A stretch of DNA of 64,000 nt from Geosiphon pyriformis uo1 (Eukaryota > Fungi > Glomeromycota): NCBI GenBank assembly GCA_016748015.1, contig JAAOMT010000128.1, positions 2,053,538-2,117,537 of the forward strand. Direction: 5' to 3'. The notes beneath the pieces were generated by a model. That model made no database searches, was not told the DNA's origin, and was given only the letters and a program-made list of their open reading frames with translations. Of the stretch, positions 53,847 to 64,000 are shown piece by piece; the stretch's first letter is position 1, and each line of letters starts with the position of its first letter. Position numbers and translations under genes: made by a program.

Positions 53847-55361
53847 TGCTATTCCAAAATCTATCAAATAGATGTCTCCACTGTCATCAACTAAAATATT
53901 TTCCTCTCGAATGTCATTTTGGAGAATGCCATGCTTGTGGATAGCTTCTAATGCCTTAAGAGCTCTTGAACTTTGCTGTTTCGTTATTTTGTGCTTATCC
54001 AATGGGGTACCAACAATGGTCAATCCAATAATGAAGCACATCCCACCTCCATAATATCCATGACAAACCAATTTCGGAATATATTGTCCCTGGATATCAG
54101 CAAGACTTTCATAGATCTCTACTTCTTTTTGCATTTCTTCCAGAAGATATGGTGGTGCTTTTGCCAAGTCGACAGTCTTTAAAGCAATTGTTTCACCGCG
54201 AAATTCGCATAAGAGCGTTTTACCACTTCGGCCTTGACCTAGTATTTTCATGAACTTAAAGTCTGTAAAAGCAAAATTATGTAGCTTGTCCGAAGCGTTG
54301 GGTGATTGTTGATATGTGGATGTGCTGGTAGTCAATTGTTGATTTGCTGATTGGGTAGAAGATAGATTAAGGGATTCAGGATTATCCTTTGCTTGTCGAG
54401 CCAAATAAGCGTACGCCTTAAGCACTGGCGGAGATTTTGATTGTAGTGGAAGAGTTTCTGAGATCCAGAGTATTGTGTGCTCTCGGCGTAGAAACCAGTG
54501 ATTATCGTAGGTGGTTGCAATACCATATTTACGCTCATTTGCTCCCATATAATTGTAGATTTGTTGGACCACCATTCTTGCCTTGTCATTATCCTGATAA
54601 AACTCGGGAAGCGTCCTTCCACCAATATCTTCTAACACATGCTTTCTTTTAACTTCGATCACTAAGATTAATAATTCTCCAAGATGACAATTGAAGTCTG
54701 GTATACCAGGAGCATGGGTTTGAAGCCTTGAGAAATTATAACCTTCTGATGACATAAGACTATTTAACACTAAACAAATGTTGGAATTCAAGGCATCACG
54801 AACATCTTCTTCATTAATCATCACTCTATTTTCGCTAAATTGCGGTCTCTTGAATCTCGGTTGTTGATCGAAGCGGAATTGGTTCACTTCCTCGAGAAAG
54901 TTATCCCAAAGCAGTACACTTGTCGGTGGGTCACCATTGATTTTCGTAGTGGTCTTCGATGTAACACATTTTGCAGAATATGTTACGGGTGGTATAAATG
55001 ACAGCGCTTCTTCCAAGCTGATTTTAACTAGAAAAGTAACTCCAGTTAGTGATAAATCCACAGTATAGAAAACCACATTACTATGTCTATTCTACCCTAT
55101 GTACACACTACTCTATGTCCCCAACGCCCGGGTCACAAAGTCGTTACCTGTCGAATTGAATTCAAGTAGGAGCATTTGCGTTTCCCACATGTCGCGTCTC
55201 GCCGTCAGCGAGTCCTCCTGCCTCTCCAACCTCTCCAACTCTTTCCTCTCCATGACACTAAGCTCGGTCTTGACGCTCAGCGCCTCCAACCTCTCCAGTT
55301 TTGCGTTCACGTCTTCATACTCCTTCTTGGCGTCCTGGTATGCCTGTTGAATGATACTCAT
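53847..55361 (-). CDS. Coiled-coil + REase-like + protein kinase (Crinkler-type architecture); 3' end lies in the gap
   Basis: Exon 1 MSIIQQAYQDAKKEYEDVNAKLERLE (coiled coil), donor near 55148. Then PGIPDF...LVIEVKR (PD-ExK), QQIYNYM, GIATTYDNHWFL; kinase motifs GQGRSG, ALK, QNDIREENIL and DFG. Confidence 0.82.
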
Positions 55362-56939
55362 GTTGAATGGTTGTAAAGTTTGTTTTGACGAACTGCGCGA
55401 TGTGGTGTCAAATATATTAACGCTGATCAGTGGCTTAATCAATGACGTATATATTAATAATGGGAATGTGACCAATGATAATCAATGCGCAGAAATCGCA
55501 TTAACATTATGAGATAAACGAGTAGTTTACTATAAAATCAGGACCAATTCACTCAGTTGATTTGCCGATTAAACGTAATGATTTATTCTGGTGTCTCCTA
55601 TTTATTCCTTTAATATTTACCCATTATTTCTAATACGATACATTGAATTGTGTCGGATTTGTAGTACTTGTGGCACAGCGAACCAAAATTATTGCTATTC
55701 TTACTCGAGTACATAAAGAATTGTGGAAATTTGTCCCAATCGTCGATAATTATTAACAATAATAGAGAAACAAATGTTTGGTTTATGTTTCTAATTTTCG
55801 CTTCTTTCTTGGTTCATCATAAGTTGGGGTTAAGGTTCGTTTATTAGTTATGATTTTCCTTTCTTCTTGGTAAATTTCATAAGTAATTTTTTCTTGATCG
55901 AGATATTCCTGGAGAGTTTGGAGGAATTTTTTCTCCTTGAGCTTTCTTTAAAATGCTTCGAATAGTGGTGTAATTTTTTGGTTCCATGGTGGATTTGATA
56001 TAAATTAGTTTCATATTTATATTTTTTATATAGATAGTGATAGAAGTTTGCTACATAAATTTGTGTATAAATTATTGTTGTGATAATCAAAATGCTATTA
56101 GTCAAATTAGTTAACTTCAGCCACATCAGCCTCTCATTTATGTCACATAATAGAATGTTCACTTTGTCTGGTTTTTGTTGCAGTCTGCCCCATATAAGAG
56201 CGCAACTCCATGCATCACCACCACTTATCAAGTGATATGAATAATAGAATTTTATTTTTAGCTTGTCTAAACCCGAATGTGAGTTATAATTTGGTAATCT
56301 CTTTAATATAAGCTAAAAATAAATTTAATTTCGGGTTTTTATTCTAATTAGTATTATTTTCCCTTGTATAATTTAATTGTGCAGACAATTTTTTAGGATT
56401 AACATCAATTAGAAAACATTATAAATTAGCAGATTTTTAATAATAGACCAATAACCAAAGAATAGACCAAATATGCAAAACTTTTCTATAATACCTTTTT
56501 AGAGTCTAAAAGAAGTGAGATAATTTGTAATTATTCATTGAATAGCTGACTAAAAAAAATGATAAATTTTATTTGAAGAAATTCTTTTTTTTTTCTTTTC
56601 TTTTTTTAAATATAGAAAATCAGCTTTTTTAAAAACTTTTTTTGGGATTGATGAAAGATACAAATTTTAAATTCGAATGAAAAAACATTTTTTTTTTCTT
56701 TTTTCTTTTTTTAATTTATCCAAGTAAAGTGAACAAGCCAGAAATTGAAATAAACCAAAATGAAAACTTGTATAGATTTTTTATTATCTGCATGAAATCA
56801 AAAAAATATATATATAAATACATATGACATTGTGTGTAATGATTCTATCTTTACACAAATCTTTAGTTAAAGAATGGAGCGCCGCTTTTATAACTTTTCA
56901 TGGTTTTGCTTAATGCAGAGTTCCCTTAACCTAAACATC

Positions 56940-56970
<31 letters not shown>

Positions 56971-57494
56971 ACTAAAAAATTGTGAACATAAAAAGTTCAA
57001 ATTTAACAACTATTCAATCGTTTGATTAAATGCATATGATACCCGTAAATCCGTCTGCCATAATACATGTGCATGGAAATGTGCATTTCATCAAGTACAT
57101 GTACTTAACTTTGATGCATAGTGAATAAATCATGACACCACATGGAGGCTAGTTTTTCCAGAAACCCGTATACTGTCTCCGAGTCAATACCATGTCAGGG
57201 TTTTCTAGGCTCTAATTAGAACCTCCTTTTGGTTTTTATGATTGCTTTTGATCTTTTAAAAATAAGGGAGATGAATTTTTAATTAAAATGCAGATGAAAT
57301 CTGAAAAAGTTAAGAGAACGTGTTTTAAAAAATCATGAGGTTGAGATTATTATTTTTTTTTTAATGATTTTCAGCTATTTTAGCTCTTCATTTCAATTTT
57401 ATTTTTCCTATTAAATGTTATGAATATCGTAAACATGAGTTTTAAAAATTTTTCGTTATTTTAACAGAGATCGATAAACAGGTCTTAATTATTT

Positions 57495-57529
57495 AATTAA
57501 TTAGTTAATTAGTTTAGTTAATTAGTTAA

Positions 57530-57628
<99 letters not shown>

Positions 57629-57712
57629 TTTAATCATTTAATTATTTAATCATTTAATTAATTAGTTAATTAGTTAGTTAGTTATTTAATTAATTAGTTA
57701 ATTAGTTAGTTA
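57495..57712. repeat. (TTAG)n / (TTAA)n microsatellite
   Basis: Direct reading; pure TTAG core at ~57530-57627. Confidence 0.92.
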
Positions 57713-58344
57713 ACAGGACAAAGTTCACTTTGTATTATATTAAAAGAATTCTATAATTTTTATAATAATAAGTTCCAAAATTATTAAAATAATAAAATTC
57801 AAAAATTAATTAAAACAAATTTTGAAAGAATAAAAAAAATTTTAAAACTTAATTTCAAGTTGAAAGAAGTTGAAATTAATAATGTTTTAATTATTAAAAT
57901 AATTTCCCTTTGTATTCTATAAAGGATCGAAAATTTTTTAAAATTAAATTATTTTTAGTTTTTATTAATATATGATTCGAGGTTATTTTTTCCAATCAAG
58001 AAAAGAGAGGGGGAGGGAGGGAGGGAGGGAGGGTGAAAGGGAGGGGGTGAAAGGGAGATAAGAGAGGATTCGAAAATTTAATAAATAAAAATAAAGGAAA
58101 ATAAAGGAAATAATTTTTTAATATCCCGTTACTGATGTGTAGTAATTTTCATTTTTAGACTACTTTTAAATATAGTAACATTTTGTAGATTACCAAGATA
58201 GAAAATGAAAATTTTCTTGTGTTACATAGAGAATCCCATTTATATATACATTTTACTTTGTATTTTTAAAAAAAAATTCTTACCAAAATAGTCAAAGAAT
58301 AATTTAGTAAAATTGGGTTTGAAATGAAAAATTTTCAAGATTGA

Positions 58345-58385
<41 letters not shown>

Positions 58386-58989
58386 AACCTTTTTTTTGAA
58401 AAGTAAATTAAAAATTAAAAATTGGAATTGGAATCAAAGATTAAATTTTCTCGCACTAAAATTTTTTTCTTGTTACCATGAAAGGAAAGATGGCTGAAAA
58501 GATGATTTTTTCATGAATGATTAAAAAAGTAAAAGTTATTTATATAAAGAAATCTATTTAGGTTTTCAAAAAGAGGTAAACAAAAAAAAGTTTTAAATTC
58601 GATCTAGAAAATCATCAAGTTTTTTTTTTTAAGTAGCTGAATCACATTTATTGGATTTAAGGTGAAAAAAAAACAAAAAAACAAAAAAACACACACACAC
58701 ACAAAATTTGGACAGATGACAAATGACAAATTACGTTTTAGGTTATCAAGTAAAATCTTTTTTTTTACATATTTATTTTTTCTGTGAAATCATGGAATAT
58801 TCTCCAAGAACTTTTACAGGATTTTAAAAGGTTCGTCGTCGTCGTCGTCGTCGTAAAGAAATTATTTAAAATAGAAAAATATGATTCATTTATCAAAAAT
58901 TTGAAATTATGTAAAAAATTTATGTCAAATTTCATTAAAAACATTTTTTTTGTATTAAAAAGAATTTATTTATAAAAACTCAAGACTTT

Positions 58990-59061
58990 TTTCATTCATT
59001 CATTCGTTCATTCATTCATTCATTCATTCATTCATTCATTCATTCATTCATTCATTCATTC
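58990..59061. repeat. (TTCA)n microsatellite
   Basis: Direct reading. Confidence 0.9.
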
Positions 59062-59917
59062 TAAATTCCATCATAATAAGACTATTAAACTTATACATAA
59101 ATATTATTAATCCTTAAAAAACTTAAAAATAAAAATCATGTAAAACATTTACAAACTTTTTTTTTCTCATTCGTCAGTTATTAAAAGTTTTTCATTTTGT
59201 GAACTTAAAAATTCTTTTACTCGTAAAACAAAAAGAAAAAAAGACCAATTATTGTAATATTTCTGAAAAGAATTTCTATGATGCAATATTCTTTTAGAGT
59301 TAATTCATGTGATCAATTTTAGAATTAACTCTAGCTTTTTATTTGAGGAATCAATCAATATTCCTTTTTTGAACGTCAAAAGAATTTATTTTTTTTTGAT
59401 AATTTATTCGGCATCAAATGATAACACTTTCTTGTAAATTAAAAAATCTCCCGACGACCCCGAATCATTTTAAACAAAAAAAAATTATGTTCTCACCCCT
59501 CTATTTTATATTGAACAAAATTTCACACTCCTTTTATTCATCTATAATCTTTTATTTTTTGAAGGGAAGGAGAAGATTTTGATAGAAAAAGTAAGGTAGG
59601 ATGATTATTCTAGAAAAAATTAGTTTTAAGAAATAACTTATTTTTCGTAAAAAAAGGAGGAGGGGAGTGTGTAGGTTATATGCAACAAAACCAGAAAGAG
59701 TGAACTTGTGGAATAAAGAAGTCAGGAAAATTAAAAATTAAAAATCTTTCATTTATCTTGGATGGAATCACAGGGAATCAATTATGGTGTCAAGACTGAA
59801 AGGAGTTCGTTTGCAAGGTTGTATCTTGTGTGATTGGTATCGCGATGAAAAGGAGGAAGTGATTAGTGGTCAGACGAGAGGATGATGGAGGCCTCTCGGA
59901 AAGAGCAATATTCACCG

Positions 59918-60196
59918 CTACTTTTGAATCTCTTCCTCTTCTGGTGTGGTTGATCCTTCTTGCTGGGCACTGGGGATGAATTCATTCGACGACCTCAACG
60001 TTATACCCAGCTCTGAGGTAAAAAGACGAATATCTCCTTTATAACTAATTCCAGGTATCTTGGTGACAGCAGGGATAACAACCATAGTATTCTGAGTGCT
60101 GAGGAGGAAACTAGCGAAAAGATAAAGATAATTCCTTTTCAATAACAAAAGCCACAATTGCTTGATATTCACTTTTGTCTGGTTTTGTTGTAGCAC
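59918..60196 (-). other. Possible small hypothetical ORF in a locally GC-richer island
   Basis: Coding-like composition at 59760-60200; no recognisable motif; non-ATG start in the ORF track. Confidence 0.2.
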
Positions 60197-60986
60197 GCTC
60201 TATATAAAATAACCACTATTTAATGTGTAGTATCATTACTAAAATTAGGTTGATTAGCCACTTTACTCTTTCCAAGATAATTAATTATCTTTATTAATTA
60301 AAAATATACGTCATTATTCAAAAATAAATCTGAAACAGTTGGTTACAAAAATTAATAAAAAATTTAATAAGCTCGAATTATTTTGTTTGTCTAGATGCAG
60401 AATGTCATAATGATTACAATAAATTTCATGATGTTTCCATTTTGTTTTAATGAGACTAAAATTTAAAACGATATCTTTTAAAAAAAAAAAGGCTAAAAAT
60501 ATCAATTAATCCAAAAATGAATATATTATTTTTCTGACATATTTCCAACCTTATTTCATTCGAAATATATAATATCATATTTTTTTTTTGTCAAACAAAT
60601 CATTTAAGAAAAAGAAGGATGTGTTTAGCATATTATTTCGGTGGCTTACAAGTCAGAACCAAATTCTCTTTGAGGCGTTAACCCTAAAGACCGAAAAAAC
60701 TAATAAAAAAAAATATAAAATATTTTGAAGCTTTTTTTTAAAAAAAAAAAAAAAAAGACACTAACCAAAAGAAATTGAACACTAAAAAAATATACCAATT
60801 GGGTCTTTACCGAAACAAATTCTCTATTGGTTCCCAATGACCTGCTATCTATTATTGGATTAGGTAAATTAATTAAAAAGATCATCATAATGATTTTAAT
60901 TTGTCAAATGAAAAAAAAATATGTATTTTTTATTTAGTGTATCCTATGAAACTCCTCACTTTATAAAAATTTATCTTTTTTTTTTT

Positions 60987-61018
<32 letters not shown>

Positions 61019-61047
61019 TCAACTCTTCTTTTCTTTTCTTTTCTTTT

Positions 61048-61172
61048 CTATCCTATCCTATCCTATCCTATCCTATCCTATCCTATCCTATCCTATCCTA
61101 TCCTATCCTATCCTCTCCATCCTATCCTATCCTATTCTATACTATCCTATTTTATCCTATTTTATCCTATCT
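61048..61172. repeat. (TATCC)n microsatellite after a poly-T tract
   Basis: Direct reading. Confidence 0.9.
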
Positions 61173-61425
61173 TATAAATCCCAATAACCTACTATTGGAT
61201 TATTGGGTTTTTAAATTATGATCCGTAACGGCGGCGAATGAAAATAACCCCTCAATTCATTGTTCAACAAATCACCAATTTTAAAGATCTCATAACATTC
61301 CCTAAAATAACTAAAAGTTACACAATCTAAAAATTTAATTTCCGCAGCGAAAATTAAATTTGTAAAACGTCAAACAATTAACTAATATAGAATTTTTAAT
61401 AATAGAAACAACAACAATAATTAAA

Positions 61426-61456
<31 letters not shown>

Positions 61457-61806
61457 TAAAGTAATAATCATAATAATAATTAAAATAATAATTAAAATAA
61501 TATATAATAATAATAATAATCATAATCATAATCAATAATAATAATCATAATCAATAATTAAAATTCATATCAAATCGGGTCAAATTCATATCAAAACGAG
61601 TCAAATCCATCAACAAAAAGACGTTACTAATATTATTTCGGAACGAATATTTTTATTAAAAAAAAAAAAAGGTTTAATTGACACAATCCAAAACATAGAA
61701 TATACAAAAGAGTTACAATTTTGGGAGGGGTTCAAGAATTTACAAAATACTATACTATATTATAATATGCTATATACTTATACTTCCTTGTGCGATAAGG
61801 TGCTTA

Positions 61807-61981
61807 TCAAATACCAAGTTTTCTTTTCACGTTAGCAAAAAATTTTGGTTTTTGAGTCGGTGTCTGGAACGCTTTTTCCGGTGTTTGAATATCCAATTGC
61901 AACACCTTTATCATACGACAATCTCCATCTGTACCATCAGTTCCAATCATGATACTACGGTAATTTCCACCATTATTATTA

Positions 61982-62040
<59 letters not shown>

Positions 62041-62481
62041 ATTATCAACATTGTTATTATCATCGCCCATATCTACCACCACAACATTTGGATGCATCGC
62101 TTCAAATTGTATCACCGTACTAGTACGATGGTGACCCATTGAAGGTCTACCATTTGTCTTGCTACCAATCGATGATCTACTAGCAATGCTTTCTAATTGC
62201 CAGCTATGATTTGGTAGATTATCGTTCACTTTTGTCAATCTGCTAGTGGAGTTTTTACTACTATTTGTGGTATCACTATAAAGTCGGTAATTTCTTTGTT
62301 TTCTCTTTCGGTATGCAATTATTCCAATGATAGCGCTTATCATTAGGATAAAGAAACAGATTGGGATAATTATTACGAGAGTATCTTTTATTTGGTTATC
62401 CGTAGAATTTGGGGCACTTATTAAAGATTCCGAGCCAGGGGATTCATTTAAAGATATTATCGTTGAACTTGATGGTGAGAC

Positions 62482-62518
<37 letters not shown>

Positions 62519-62808
62519 AATGATGGCGGATGCGTCGGAATAAAAGCTTCAGAGTTGATGATGGTCGGAGTATCCATAGTAGTGGTCGTTGGATTAAGAG
62601 TCGTCACTGATGACGTGACTATCGTTTTATAAGTATTTGTAAATCGAAACTGAGTTCCATCAACTTGAGCATAATTTTCTCTAATAGTGTGATTATCTAT
62701 AATTGAAGTAGTGCTCGGTACGGATGTTGATAAAGTTTCTGATGATAATTCAGCATTCGATACCAAAGTACTAAAAGATTCTCCAGTTGATTCATTGTCG
62801 TCAGTCAT
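61807..62808 (-). CDS. Ser/Thr-rich single-pass membrane protein (Mid2/mucin-like topology)
   Basis: 333-aa ORF: S/T-rich N-terminus, TM LVIIIPICFFILMISAIIGIIAY then RKRK, cytosolic poly-N tail; no obvious signal peptide. Confidence 0.75.
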
Positions 62809-64000
62809 GATTCAATTTTCTCAAATTTCTTTTTCTTCGATTTTCACCTTGAAACTATGAAAATTTTCCAGTCTCTTTCTTTGAAATATTTTTAAAATGC
62901 TGTCTGTATTTTGATGTACTTTTGGTTTTCGTCTCTTGCTTCTTTGTGCATACGTAATAGAAATTATAAAAAACAGTGTAGGAGATGGTTGAACGTGCAT
63001 GGACTAAAAATACTTTTTTTTTCTTTTTTCTTTTTGATTTCTATCAAGACTGAACGAGAGATCGATATTTTTTCTTTAGAAATTCAAAATTATCTTGATT
63101 CTTCTTTTAGAGGGACATTTACATGAAAAAATAGTGGGGGTTGAAAAATAAGAAAGGAGAAGAATGACAATAATTTTATTAAAAAAAAATGGGGGAACGT
63201 AAATCAAAAGATGTCAAGAGATTAAGATTTAGATAAAAATACAAATCGATAAAAAAACATTAATAAAGAAAGAAAGAAAGAAAAGTAAAAACTTTTTTGA
63301 ATTTTATACTTTTAAAAATTAGCAAAATAGTTCAAGAAAATCTTGATTATGAAAGAAAGAAAGAAAGAAAAGGAAGGAAGGATGAAGTTTATAGGGTGAG
63401 GGAGGAGATGAAGAGGAATAAAGGAGAAAAAGAAGGAAGAGGAAATGAAAGGAGAAAAGGAAGGGCGAAGATTTAGATGATTAAATTAAAGAAATAAAAC
63501 AGAAAAAAATAACTAGCTAGGGTTTATATGTAAGTAAAAATTTATGCCGTGATACACTCGTTCGCAGACTATTTTAATCGGAATATGTTTCGAGAAACAG
63601 GTAACCCGAAATTGCTTACACAATAAGGAATTCCTAATGAGTTAATATCACTGCTACCAAGAGGAAGGGAGTCGTTAATAAATCTTTTAATTATAGTAAC
63701 GACCAAAGGTGGCGCCACTTTTCCTAAAAATGATAAAGTTTCAAAATCTCAGCGATATACTATATATATATATATACTATATATATATTTCATGATCTTG
63801 GTTTTGAGATTACATAAAAAAAATTCTCCAGTCTCGTGGTAAACGATAATTTTCATTTTTGAAATTTTTTTAAGCAAACTCTTAAAAGAAAATTGATCAT
63901 TTTTCTCCTTTTTAAAAATCAAAGCAAATAGTTGTAATTTCTTTTTGACTCAGCATGCCAAATTTGAAAAAAAAAATAACAGGCTAGAAGAATAATGTCA

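Larger units (their letters stand above)
50465..56191 (-). mobile_element. Sola (probably Sola2)-type DNA transposon with ~400-bp inverted repeats and cargo genes
   Basis: GGGGCAGACCGCAACAAAACCAGACAAAGTGAACATTC at 50465 recurs inverted ending at 56191; similarity spans ~50465-50910 vs ~55795-56191; ATAT flanks both ends; internal transposase present. An assembly gap lies inside. Confidence 0.7.

Noticed and set aside
53397-55076. 559-aa kinase-transposase fusion ORF
   Set aside because: The ORF caller read through the N gap; the two halves belong to different protein families.
57495-57712. Telomeric repeat
   Set aside because: The unit is TTAG, not TTAGGG, and the tract is internal.
60921-62632. 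ORFs rich in poly-F, ILSYP, poly-I/Y or poly-D
   Set aside because: They are translations of microsatellites or the antisense strand of the membrane-protein gene.
1-64000. CRISPR arrays, tRNA or rRNA genes
   Set aside because: No regularly spaced repeat-spacer pattern or recognisable structural RNA was seen.

Overview
Eukaryotic, intron-containing fungal DNA, most consistent with Glomeromycotina (Geosiphon/Ambispora-like; this is an inference from gene content). The window has four parts. (1) 1-10.7 kb is gene-dense: a REC114-like meiotic gene, an amino-acid permease, a RING-CH ligase, a GNAT, a dolichyl-diphosphatase and an F-box/LRR gene. (2) Two very AT-rich blocks (~11.4-22.7 kb and ~27.15-40.2 kb) are non-LTR retrotransposon relics that become readable when G>A/C>T changes are reversed, a RIP-like pattern. 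(3) Between them is an island with a mitochondrial carrier and a decayed IS607-type element that has both the serine recombinase (TnpA) and a TnpB/Fanzor2 nuclease. (4) The right arm has a lipase-3 gene lacking its catalytic Ser, a REase-fold pseudogene, and a ~5.7 kb segment bounded by long inverted repeats. That segment holds a Sola-type transposase, a Crinkler-like REase-kinase and an intronless HAD-type gene whose TGA codons fall where Trp fits, suggesting origin in a Mollicutes-related endobacterium. All family calls come from motif recognition by eye; no searches were run.
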